The notes: a model not told the origin generated them from the letters alone. 64,000 nucleotides of DNA from Pseudomonadota bacterium (GCA_021819085.1 JAKASJ010000003.1:35272-99271), one strand, 5' to 3'. Numbered from the stretch's first letter, positions 18,215 to 26,762 are shown. Program-made: numbers and translations.

Positions 18215-18838
18215 ATGAGCGAGCTTAACAAGGTGATGGTGGAGAAGTATCGCAACGACTTCCTCAGGGAGGTCGAGGCCAACGTGGAGGAAGGAAACTG
18301 GGTCAAGATGTGCATGCAGTGCGGTGTGTGCTCAGGCTCCTGTCCATTCGGGCCGTACTGGGAGCACCCACCCCAGGAGATTTTCATGATGGTCCGTGCC
18401 GGCAAGCGTGAGGAAGTGCTGACGAGTGAGTCCATGTGGATGTGTACCTCCTGCTACAACTGCATCGTCCGCTGTCCGCGCGAGCTTCCCATTACCCACA
18501 TCATGCACGGGCTGGCGAACTACGCCCACCGCCTCGGAATTGCGCCGAAGATGAATCCGACACGCCGCTTCGCCAAGCTGTTCTGGCAGAACATCGTCAA
18601 GGGCGGGCGAGTAAACGAGCTCAAGCTGTCGATCGGCCTTTATTTCATGGATGGGTTCTCGAATGGCGTGAAGAAGGGCCTCGAAATGTTGCCCGTTGGG
18701 CTCGGGTTGCTCAAGACCGGCCGGTTGAACCCCTTTGGCCTGTTGGGTGGCGGTAAGTGCAAGGGCGCCGGCGACATCCACAAGATGTTGAAGAAGGCCC
18801 AAGAGATTGAGAACCGGCGCAAGGGTTTTGCGTCGTAA
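18215..18838 (+). CDS. hdrC: HdrC-like 2x[4Fe-4S] ferredoxin subunit
   Basis: 207 aa with CMQCGVCSGSCP and CTSCYNCIVRCP. No predicted membrane or heme-b (HdrE-like) extension. Confidence 0.8.
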   Translation: MSELNKVMVEKYRNDFLREVEANVEEGNWVKMCMQCGVCSGSCPFGPYWEHPPQEIFMMVRAGKREEVLTSESMWMCTSCYNCIVRCPRELPITHIMHGLANYAHRLGIAPKMNPTRRFAKLFWQNIVKGGRVNELKLSIGLYFMDGFSNGVKKGLEMLPVGLGLLKTGRLNPFGLLGGGKCKGAGDIHKMLKKAQEIENRRKGFAS

Positions 18839-18848
18839 GGAGCGTATC

Positions 18849-19766
18849 ATGGCGAAAAAAGAATATTCCTTTTATCCCGGCTGCTCCTCGGAGCGCAAGT
18901 CTTCCGCATCCAATTACATGGTTTCTGTCGAATCCATGTGCAAGACGCTGGACATCAAGCTCAATGAGATCCCGGACTGGAACTGCTGCGGAGCGTCTAT
19001 CGGCTATGCCGAGGGCGGCGAACTCCCGCGCCACGCGATGAATGCACGCAACATCGCATTGTCGGAGAAACACAATCCAGGCCAGAATATCGTCGCCACC
19101 TGCGCCGCGTGCTGGCTCGGAGCGAAAGAGACCCATGAGCGTCTGTCTGCGTCCGAGCAGCTGCTGGCTGATACCAAGGAGGCACTGAAGGAAGCCGGAC
19201 TGGACATGGATTATAAGGGTGAGGTTGAGATACGCCACATGGTCGAAGTGCTGATCGAGGACTTTGGGTATGATCAGCTTGCCAAGCCGGTGGTCAAGCC
19301 GCTCGAAGGTATCAAAATAGCGGGTTATGTCGGATGTCAGACCAACCGCCCCTTCGGGGTCGCCGGTGAGTCGTTCGAGAATCCGAAGTATCTCGACAAG
19401 CTGACAGAGATCATGGGTGCCGAGCCGGTCGAGAAGTACGACCAGAAAGTCACCTGCTGTGGTGGGGCACTCGCGTTCAGCGAACCGGAGAAAAGCCAGG
19501 CGCAAATCAAGAAGATCATCGAATCGGCCTACGACTTCGGAGCAGAAATGATTGTGACTCCCTGCCCCGTGTGCCAGATGAACGTCGAGGTCTACCAGGA
19601 TCAGATCAACAAGAAATATGGCACCAAGTTCCATATTCCGGTGACCTATTACAGCCAGCTCATGGCAGTTGCCTATGGCAGCAGCGCCAAGGAAGCGGGG
19701 CTCGACGGTAACGTCATCCGTGCGACCAGGCTTGAGGAAATTGCCGCAAAACCGGCAAAAAAGTAG
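18849..19766 (+). CDS. hdrB: HdrB-like subunit with two CCG domains
   Basis: Starts at ATG 18849 after AAGGAG. Motifs YPGC...DWNCCGAS and GYVGCQ...VTCCGGA...TPCPVCQ. Confidence 0.8.
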   Translation: MAKKEYSFYPGCSSERKSSASNYMVSVESMCKTLDIKLNEIPDWNCCGASIGYAEGGELPRHAMNARNIALSEKHNPGQNIVATCAACWLGAKETHERLSASEQLLADTKEALKEAGLDMDYKGEVEIRHMVEVLIEDFGYDQLAKPVVKPLEGIKIAGYVGCQTNRPFGVAGESFENPKYLDKLTEIMGAEPVEKYDQKVTCCGGALAFSEPEKSQAQIKKIIESAYDFGAEMIVTPCPVCQMNVEVYQDQINKKYGTKFHIPVTYYSQLMAVAYGSSAKEAGLDGNVIRATRLEEIAAKPAKK

Positions 19767-20608
19767 CGTAGCAAGCTGCGCCTGGCGTCGTAATCCTGCG
19801 CAGCCAGCAGCGAATTGGTTCTAGGCAGGCGATCCACTTCCGTCGGCGGGTCGCTAAAGTAGCGATTTCAGGCGCCTAATCTGAATCTGGCCGTCTGCAC
19901 CTGTGTCCAGATGACGCCGGCGCTGGGGCTGCGAGGCTCCACGCCGCCCCGTGCAGGGAGGTCATTACCTGGAATGGAGAGGCTGGCACCACCGTCCCGG
20001 ACCTCGGTGGAGCTGTGGACGCCATTTTCACGGTGGCGACTTTCCGCCGGGCGTGCCACGCGGCATGGCCATGTCCAGGCCAAAAGGAAGATCCGGCTTC
20101 CCCACGCCCCGGGGCGGACGTCATAGACGTGTACCGCGTCTCGGTTGCCGGTCCCACCTCTCTATAAAAAATCCTTCTCACGAATTCGAGGAGCAGGAAT
20201 CCCGGCGAAGGTGCGCCGGAGGGCGGTCGCTTGCGTGGGTTCTCGGCTGGCCGGTCGGGGATTTGGTCGCAAACTACCGTTTTATGGATGAACATCTTCT
20301 GTCGGTACCCGACGAAGCGCATTGCTGCCGGCGCAATGCGGTGGGTACGCAAGCCGGTTCATTCATCGCACGCGGCTGGAAATCGTTGCAACCCGCAGGA
20401 TTATCGTTCCATGAAAGTAAGTACTTGCTTTCGACATGTCGCAAAGATGCGGAGCTTTTTAGCGTTGGCGTTCGCAAGGCTTAGTCGCGGATGTGGTTTG
20501 GTATTCGCTATTTTCCCAAGGACTGCCAGGTAAGGTTGACAAGAGGGCCGGTCCGGAGTAGGTCCTTTGCGTTGATTCCAGCATCCATCGTGGAACGAGG
20601 AGGGCGTC

Positions 20609-20830
20609 ATGCGGATTGAGACCACTGACCCGATCACGGGCAATACGATCAAGGATCCGGAGGGGCATCCCTTTGTTATCGAAGGTGCCGGCGACGGGGC
20701 ACTGAAGATCTATTTCGAATCGGAAGAAAGCCGGCGGGCATATCTCGATATCGAGGTCGAGCATCCGGGCGAGGATTTCAAGATAAATCTTGATAATCCC
20801 GTCGCTATGGGTGGCGACGCGCGCAAATAG
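20609..20830 (+). CDS. Small acidic hypothetical protein (73 aa)
   Basis: GAGGAGGG lies 6 nt before the ATG. Sequence is MRIETTDPITGNTIKDPEGHPFVIEGAGDGALKIYFESEESRRAYLDIEVEHPGEDFKINLDNPVAMGGDARK. No family recognised. Confidence 0.55.
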   Translation: MRIETTDPITGNTIKDPEGHPFVIEGAGDGALKIYFESEESRRAYLDIEVEHPGEDFKINLDNPVAMGGDARK

Positions 20831-20864
20831 CTCGCCTCTGCCGGACATGCGTCCAGCCAGATGA

Positions 20865-20888
20865 CCCTCCCGCCTCATGGCGGGAGGG
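20865..20888. terminator. 10-bp GC hairpin between convergent genes
   Basis: CCCTCCCGCC-tcat-GGCGGGAGGG, between the stop of the 73-aa ORF (20830) and the stop of tusA (20903). No U-tract on either strand. Confidence 0.45.
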
Positions 20889-20902
20889 AGGGACGGTCAT
20901 GA

Positions 20903-21133
20903 CTATTGGTGTCCCTTGGCGACCACGAAAGTATAGCGTTGCGCATCCTGGCGGCTTTCGATCAGGGTATTTCCGGTTTGATTGGCCCATGCCTGCACAT
21001 CTTTGATTGCGCCCGGATCGGTGGCGATCAATTCGATGCGATCACCGGTTTTCACGGAGCCGATTGCCTTCGAAAGCCGGAGTATCGGGAGCGGACAATT
21101 CAAACCGCTACAGTCAAGACTCGTAGTGTTCAT
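20903..21133 (-). CDS. tusA: TusA/SirA-family sulfur carrier protein
   Basis: 76 aa with LDCSGLNCPLPILRLSKAI, which contains the conserved CPxP cysteine motif. Confidence 0.85.
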   Translation of the reverse strand: MNTTSLDCSGLNCPLPILRLSKAIGSVKTGDRIELIATDPGAIKDVQAWANQTGNTLIESRQDAQRYTFVVAKGHQ

Positions 21134-21483
21134 GGCTTTTCTCCTTGCTGACTGTGTTGACGTTATGGAAGGCGAGTGATGCCGCCTTCACCTGGTTTCG
21201 CCGCCCACCGCGTGCCGATGGCGGTCGAGCAGCACCTGGTCCTTGATGTACGCATGACGATGCACCATCTGCCGGTGATCAGAAGGCTGCGCCAAATCCA
21301 TTCGGCGCAGCTGCCGAATATTCCGGTGGAGTACTCGCAGATAGGCGGCATCGCCGGTCTGCAGCCTGGCCGTTGTCCGCTGCTGGCGTGCAGTGATCGA
21401 AGCTGAATCGGCCAGCCAGAACATGCCGAACGGAAGCCGGTCTTGGGCTTGCCTCTCGCCAGTCCGCCTTGTCTGCTCTGGAC

Positions 21484-22122
21484 TCAATTCCGCTCTCCTC
21501 CGGATGCAGCGATACCGCGTAGAAAAGTTGCAACATGCACGGCTGCGGCAGTGCGAGGTGAGTCTAGGCGGTAGCGCTGGTCGCGCGCGACCGTACGCAT
21601 CACGCTCAGGCCCAGAAGTCCGGAAAAAAAATCGCGCGCATAGACTCCGGCGTCCCCTGGCTTGAATTTGCCCGAGCGCTGTCCTTCGGCGACCTCATAG
21701 GCGACGTAATCGATGATGCGCTGGAAATGTTCCTCGATCAGGCCCGCGGCGCCGTCGTCCTGCTCCAATGCCGCGTAGAGAATCAGACGCAGCCATGCCG
21801 GTTCGGTGTCCGTCTGTTCCAGCAACCAGGCCGAAAGACGCTGCAGAACGTCCTCAACATCGTATTCCGGTGTGTAGTACAGAAGCTGCTCGACTTCAGT
21901 GAAGTGTCTGCGTGCACACAGTTCGTCGAGAATTGCATCGTATAGGTCTCGCTTCGTGGGGAAATGTTGAAATACCAGGGCATCGCTCGTTCCTACGCGC
22001 TCGGCGATGTCCTTGACGCGTGTTGCGCGAAAGCCCTGTTGCGCGAAAAGCTCGATTGCCTTGTGCACAATCAGACTGCGACGCTCGACTGCGGAAAGTT
22101 TTTGACGCCTATGCTTAGTCAT
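21484..22122 (-). CDS. TetR/AcrR-family transcriptional regulator
   Basis: Starts at ATG 22122 (MTKHRRQKLSAVERRSLIVHKAIELFAQQGFRATRVKDIAERVGTSDALVFQHFPTKRDLY), a typical TetR HTH. Confidence 0.85.
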   Translation of the reverse strand: MTKHRRQKLSAVERRSLIVHKAIELFAQQGFRATRVKDIAERVGTSDALVFQHFPTKRDLYDAILDELCARRHFTEVEQLLYYTPEYDVEDVLQRLSAWLLEQTDTEPAWLRLILYAALEQDDGAAGLIEEHFQRIIDYVAYEVAEGQRSGKFKPGDAGVYARDFFSGLLGLSVMRTVARDQRYRLDSPRTAAAVHVATFLRGIAASGGERN

Positions 22123-22129
22123 AACTAAC

Positions 22130-22158
22130 TTTGTAACCACTAAGTAACTATTTGTCAA
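22130..22158 (-). promoter_or_regulatory. Putative sigma70 promoter giving a leaderless TetR mRNA
   Basis: Minus strand has TTGACA (22158-22153), a 17-nt spacer and TACAAA (22135-22130). Only 7 nt separate the -10 from ATG 22122, and there is no SD. Confidence 0.45.
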
Positions 22159-22669
22159 GGCCCGAGGGCGATGTCAAAGTGAACAGCGTCCCGATGAGCC
22201 AGGAAGTAGTCGGTTTTTCAACAGGATGGCTTTCTTCAGTATTTCCAGCCGACGCAATTACCCATATCTTCCCGTCATCGGGGGCCAAAGCCTATTCACG
22301 GCAATGGGATACGACGTGCAACGGGGCAGACTGATTCTTGGCAACGGGCGAAGCCTCCATGCAGCATGCCAGCGCCCATTTGAGGCAGGGGCGTACCGGC
22401 TTCTTCAGAAAGGCTGGCGGAACCTCCTGGCTGACTCTGATCACCCGGCAAGGCCCGCTCAGCGAGTCCTGCCGGGTTCCCCGGGCGACTTTCACCGCAC
22501 CGAGACTAAAAAATCGCACAATCCGGGATCAGTGCCTCGACAGGGCGGTAGTGTGCCTCGGTGCGCACAGGCGTCCTTTCCGGTAGCCCACGCTTCCGGC
22601 AGGCGTGGGCCGGAAGCAGAGGCTGCCCCGCAGGCCAGTCTGTGGCATACTATGAAACAAGTGGAACGT

Positions 22670-22687
22670 ACTTTGTAGCGTCAAAGT
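22670..22687. promoter_or_regulatory. 18-bp palindrome upstream of fnr
   Basis: ACTTTG-tagcgt-CAAAGT, 26 nt before the fnr ATG. Could be an operator or a small hairpin. It is not a canonical TTGAT-N4-ATCAA box. Confidence 0.25.
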
Positions 22688-22712
22688 CAGTAGTCCATGG
22701 TCCAGGCGGCCT

Positions 22713-23480
22713 ATGCAAAAAGACCCAGCGATACCGCAATTTGATCTCCCTAGACTCCGGATTGCCTGTCGGGAATGCACGCTCTTCCAGTTGTGTCTGC
22801 CTGTTGGTGTATCGGAAGCGGACCTCGATCTTCTCGAAAATATCATCAAGCGCCGCCGCCCGGTGCAACGCGGCGAATACCTTTTTCAGATGGGCGAACC
22901 GTTCGAATCCATCTTTGCAGTGCGGTCCGGTTCCGTAAAGACCTACACGTTAACCGAAGACGGACGCGAACAGGTCACGGGCTTCCATTTGCCGGGAGAA
23001 CTGGTCGGGCTCGACGCGATTGGTGGCGGCCGACATGCCTGTACCGCTAAGGCACTGGAAACGACAAGTGTGTGCGAGCTTCCTTACAATCAACTTGAAG
23101 AACTGTGGTCGCGGATTCCAAGCCTGCCGCGCCAGCTAGTGCGTATCATGAGCAAAGAGGTTCTGCACGATCAGACCCTCATGACGCTGCTCGGCAAGAA
23201 ATCCGCCGAAGAGCGCCTGGCCTCCTACCTGCTGAGTCTGTCAACCCGGCTGGGCCAGCGGGGATTTTCCTCGCACGAGTTCAATCTGAGCATGTCTCGG
23301 AACGATATCGGTAACTATCTGGGGCTGGCGGTGGAAACGGTGAGCCGCGTGTTCACACGCTTCCAGGACGAGAAGGTCCTCACCGTGCAGCGCCGGAACG
23401 TGCGGATCCACGACCTGACGGCGCTGAGACGCATCTCCAGCTACTCGAATATTCCGCGCGCCTGTCCGTCTGCGAACTGA
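22713..23480 (+). CDS. fnr: FNR-type (CRP/FNR family) oxygen-sensing transcriptional regulator
   Basis: 255 aa with the N-terminal Cys cluster C19-x2-C22-x5-C28 plus the central Cys (RHACTA), a cNMP-like domain and the HTH RNDIGNYLGLAVETVSRVF. Confidence 0.9.
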   Translation: MQKDPAIPQFDLPRLRIACRECTLFQLCLPVGVSEADLDLLENIIKRRRPVQRGEYLFQMGEPFESIFAVRSGSVKTYTLTEDGREQVTGFHLPGELVGLDAIGGGRHACTAKALETTSVCELPYNQLEELWSRIPSLPRQLVRIMSKEVLHDQTLMTLLGKKSAEERLASYLLSLSTRLGQRGFSSHEFNLSMSRNDIGNYLGLAVETVSRVFTRFQDEKVLTVQRRNVRIHDLTALRRISSYSNIPRACPSAN

Positions 23481-23695
23481 CCAGACTGCTTCTGCGGGCC
23501 GGGTACCCGGGCTTCGTGGGGCGGCAAAGGGTTTTCTGTATACTCTGCAGCCCGACTACCGGCAGCCGTATCAGGTACTTGAGCAACGCGCCAGTCGCCC
23601 CGTGAGTTCAGTCCAGGCCGGCCCGGCAGTACAGGCCTGCGGTCGGGCTGGGGCCGACGCCCCCCTCGGCGTGACCGCGCGCGTAGACCGGACCG

Positions 23696-24592
23696 CTACT
23701 TTCCGTGGGAATCCGGTGGCAATCCGGTTTCTGTCTCCCGGTGCCTTTCCAGCCGCTGTTGTTCAGAGAGCATGCGCCGGCGCTCGGCGCGTTTTTCCAG
23801 AGCATCTGGCCTGACGGGAATCGTGTTCTCCCCGAACAGTGCCTGCTTCAGAAAGCGGAATCCGAACTTCATCAGTTCGACTTCGTCGGCCATCAGGGCA
23901 TCCATCAGGTTCTGGCTAACGTCGTAGACCGTTCCGAAGCTCGGGCTGTTGAGGAACTCGCGAAAACTGTCGAGATCGTAGCTGCACATGAAAAACAGCT
24001 GGAAGCTGCGGTCGGAGGGCTTCCCGATCGTTGGTCCGCAGGAACGCTTTTTGAGGATGATCTGCCGCCAGTCACGGTTCATCTCATCGTACATATCGAC
24101 GCCCTGCTCAGTGCGATAGGTCCGTATGGTCTGTTGCCTGGGTTCGAGGTGTCCCAGGCAATGATCCTCTCTGACGACAAAGTAATGATCCTCATCGTTC
24201 GGAGAGTCCTTGGCACGCATAGACATCATGCCCAGAGCGTAATAGCGACAGGCGGTCGGACGGTCTCCGTAGACACTGCAACCTTCGTCGGTAACGAACT
24301 GGCATGCCGTAGTTTCATCGCGGGTTTTGAGTTTCAATCCAGGCATCCCGTGGCCGTCCATTTCAAACGGAACGGTGTATTGATGGAGAAACTCGAATGA
24401 TTTGAGACCCAGATGATTCTTCAGGCGCAGCACATCGTAGGGGGTAAGCGTGATGTCGATGCTCTGGCAGCACTTGTTGAAACAGGCGATGCCCTTGTGG
24501 CAGCTGAATTCGAACGTGTCGTCGAGTTCGAGCCTGACCGGGGTTACAGGGCTTTTGGGCAGAAGTTCGGAAAAATCGAATTTGTCTTGCAT
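23696..24592 (-). CDS. YkgJ-family (CxxCxxCC-type) cysteine-cluster protein, extended 298-aa form
   Basis: Motifs FSCHKGIACFNKCCQSIDITLTPYDV, ACQFVTDEGCSVYGDRPTACRYY. GAGG lies 9 nt before the ATG. Sits directly downstream of aprA, behind a terminator. Confidence 0.75.
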   Translation of the reverse strand: MQDKFDFSELLPKSPVTPVRLELDDTFEFSCHKGIACFNKCCQSIDITLTPYDVLRLKNHLGLKSFEFLHQYTVPFEMDGHGMPGLKLKTRDETTACQFVTDEGCSVYGDRPTACRYYALGMMSMRAKDSPNDEDHYFVVREDHCLGHLEPRQQTIRTYRTEQGVDMYDEMNRDWRQIILKKRSCGPTIGKPSDRSFQLFFMCSYDLDSFREFLNSPSFGTVYDVSQNLMDALMADEVELMKFGFRFLKQALFGENTIPVRPDALEKRAERRRMLSEQQRLERHRETETGLPPDSHGK

Positions 24593-24701
24593 GACGAAAC
24601 CTCAGTTGGGGCTCATTGGCCTGCGAACGGCTTGACTTCACACGCCGGTGGGCATGGCGCGCCCGGGGATGGAAAGGCAAAACGTCCAGCTTGACTCAGG
24701 G

Positions 24702-24734
24702 AAAAAAAGGGTCCGGGCATCGCTGCCCGGACCC
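24702..24734 (-). terminator. Strong rho-independent terminator of sat-aprBA
   Basis: GGGTCCGGGCA-tcgc-TGCCCGGACCC is followed on the minus strand by T7 (A-run 24702-24708). Lies 29 nt after the aprA stop. Confidence 0.8.
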
Positions 24735-24762
24735 CCTTGTGCTGCTTTGACTACCCGAAGTC

Positions 24763-26685
24763 TCAGTGACCAGCGGTAGGCTTCGATACGAGATCCACGT
24801 GCGGCTTCTTAAAGACCGTCCACTTCTTGGTCTTCCTGTCGTAGGTGGAGTTCACGAAGCACTTCCAGTTCTTCTCATCGATGAAGTTGTAGTCCATGCG
24901 ATAGTAGAACCCCGGATAGCGCGACTCCTCGCGGAACTGGATATGCTTCATGTGCGCTTCGGCGGTAAGAACACGGTGGTAGTTCTCCCATGCACGCAGC
25001 AGCTCATGCAAGTCCTTGGCGCGCATCTTGAGAGCATCTTCCTTCAGCATCTCAAGCTTGTCCTCGCACACGCTGAGCATCTTGGCGTTGGTCTGGTACC
25101 AGGTCGCCACACCGGCGCAATACTCGTCCATGATCTTCTGCAGACGGAACTGCAGCATCTTAGGCGTGATGTAATGCGGGTTGATGTCGATAGCGGTAGT
25201 GTAGTCCTTGTGCTGGAGGAAGGTGCGTACCGGGCGGTAGATGTCTTCTACAAGTTCATTGACCGGGGTATCGAGCTCCGGCTTCCAGCTCTTGTTGTCG
25301 AGCGCGAACTTGATCATGCCCTTGGCCGCGATACGACCCTCCGCGTGCGAGCCGGAGGAGAACTTGTGACCGGAGGCGCCTACGCCGTCGCCAGCGGTGA
25401 ACAGGCCCTTGACGGTCGTCATGGAGCGGTAGCCCCAGCTCCACTCCTTCGGTGCTCCCAGGTCTTCCGGTCCGGAAACCCAGATTCCACAGCATCCGGA
25501 GTGGGATCCCAGTAGGTACGGTTCGGTAGGCATGAGCTCCGAGGGCTTTTTCTCGGGTTCGATGTTTTCGCCCGCCCATACGCCAGCCTGGCCGATGCAC
25601 ATGTCGAGGAAATCTTCCCAGGCTTCGGCCTCGAGATGCTTGATCTCCTTCGGAGTCATGGTCTCGGCGAGCTTGGCAAGTGCGGTCGGGGTATCCATGT
25701 AAATCGGACCGCGACCTTCCTTCATCTCGTGCATCATCAGGTGGTTGCGCAGGCAGGATGCCGGCACTGCGGCCAATCCGTAGGGCGGATACTGCTTGAG
25801 CATCTCCTTGTTCTTGTCCATGTAGACTTCGCCGAAGGCGTTGACGGCCTTGGCTTTGAACAGCAGGAACCAGGCGCCCACCGGACCGTAGCCGTCCTTG
25901 AAACGGGCGGGTACGAAGCGATTTTCCATCATGGTAAGTTCCGCACCGGCTTCGGCGGCCATTGCATAGGTCGAGCCGGCGTTCCACACCGGGTACCAGG
26001 CGCGGCCCGTGCCTTCGCCCACGGAGCGCGGACGGAAGATGTTCACGGCGCCACCGGCGGCAAGCAGGCAGGCCTTGAACTTGTACACATACACCTTATG
26101 CTCGCGTACGGAGAATCCCACGGCTCCGGAGACGCGCTTTGGATCGTTCTTGTCGTTGACAAGCTTGACGATGAAAACACGTTCCTGGATGTTGTCCATC
26201 CCCAGGGCCTTCTTCGCGGCCTCGGCGACGATCACCTTATAGGACTCGCCATTGATCATGATCTGCCACTTGCCGGAGCGCACGGGCTTGCCACCGTCCT
26301 TGAGCGACTTGCCTTCGTCGCCGGGCTGTTTCCAGATCGGCAGGCCCCATTCCTCGAACAGGTGCACGGAGTCGTCGACATGGCGACCCACGTCGTACGC
26401 CAGATCGTCACGGGTGATGCCCATGAGGTCGTTGGCGACCATGCGTGCATAGTCGGCCGGGTCCTGGCCGCCCATGTAGGTATTGATCGCCGACAGACCC
26501 TGAGCCACTGCGCCGGAACGGTCCATGGCGGCCTTGTCGACCAGCTTGACCTTGAGGCCAGTGCCTTCAACCCAGCGCATCATTTCAAAGGCGCAGCCGC
26601 ACGCGGCCATGCCGCCGCCGATAATGAGGATATCAACTTCTTCCTCGACTACCTGCGGATTTCCAAAAGTTGCTTCTGTAGCCAT
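24763..26685 (-). CDS. aprA: Adenylylsulfate (APS) reductase alpha subunit
   Basis: Starts at ATG 26685 after AGGTGG (MATEATFGNPQVVEEEVDILIIGGGMAACG...). Full-length AprA similarity. The TTG at 26700 lies inside the SD and is rejected. Confidence 0.95.
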   Translation of the reverse strand: MATEATFGNPQVVEEEVDILIIGGGMAACGCAFEMMRWVEGTGLKVKLVDKAAMDRSGAVAQGLSAINTYMGGQDPADYARMVANDLMGITRDDLAYDVGRHVDDSVHLFEEWGLPIWKQPGDEGKSLKDGGKPVRSGKWQIMINGESYKVIVAEAAKKALGMDNIQERVFIVKLVNDKNDPKRVSGAVGFSVREHKVYVYKFKACLLAAGGAVNIFRPRSVGEGTGRAWYPVWNAGSTYAMAAEAGAELTMMENRFVPARFKDGYGPVGAWFLLFKAKAVNAFGEVYMDKNKEMLKQYPPYGLAAVPASCLRNHLMMHEMKEGRGPIYMDTPTALAKLAETMTPKEIKHLEAEAWEDFLDMCIGQAGVWAGENIEPEKKPSELMPTEPYLLGSHSGCCGIWVSGPEDLGAPKEWSWGYRSMTTVKGLFTAGDGVGASGHKFSSGSHAEGRIAAKGMIKFALDNKSWKPELDTPVNELVEDIYRPVRTFLQHKDYTTAIDINPHYITPKMLQFRLQKIMDEYCAGVATWYQTNAKMLSVCEDKLEMLKEDALKMRAKDLHELLRAWENYHRVLTAEAHMKHIQFREESRYPGFYYRMDYNFIDEKNWKCFVNSTYDRKTKKWTVFKKPHVDLVSKPTAGH

Positions 26686-26762
26686 ATTTCCACCTTCCAA
26701 TTTTTTCGTGTCCCGGCAGGGACAACTACGGTCCCTCTCGGCCGGTCACGGGTTGAAAAACA

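Noticed and set aside
20085-20103. AGGAAGATCCGGCTTCCCC, resembling the RNase P RNA CR-I element (GAGGAAAGTCCGGGC)
   Set aside because: The match is partial, and none of the other RNase P conserved regions is present nearby (ACAGAA..GGCTTA, GGTAAGGGTGAAA).
21188-21487. 99-aa TTG-initiated ORF between TetR and tusA
   Set aside because: It has no SD beyond the TTGA overlap and a low-complexity Arg/His/Gln composition. An equally long ORF exists on the opposite strand, and I recognise no family. It is kept only as a note in a finding.
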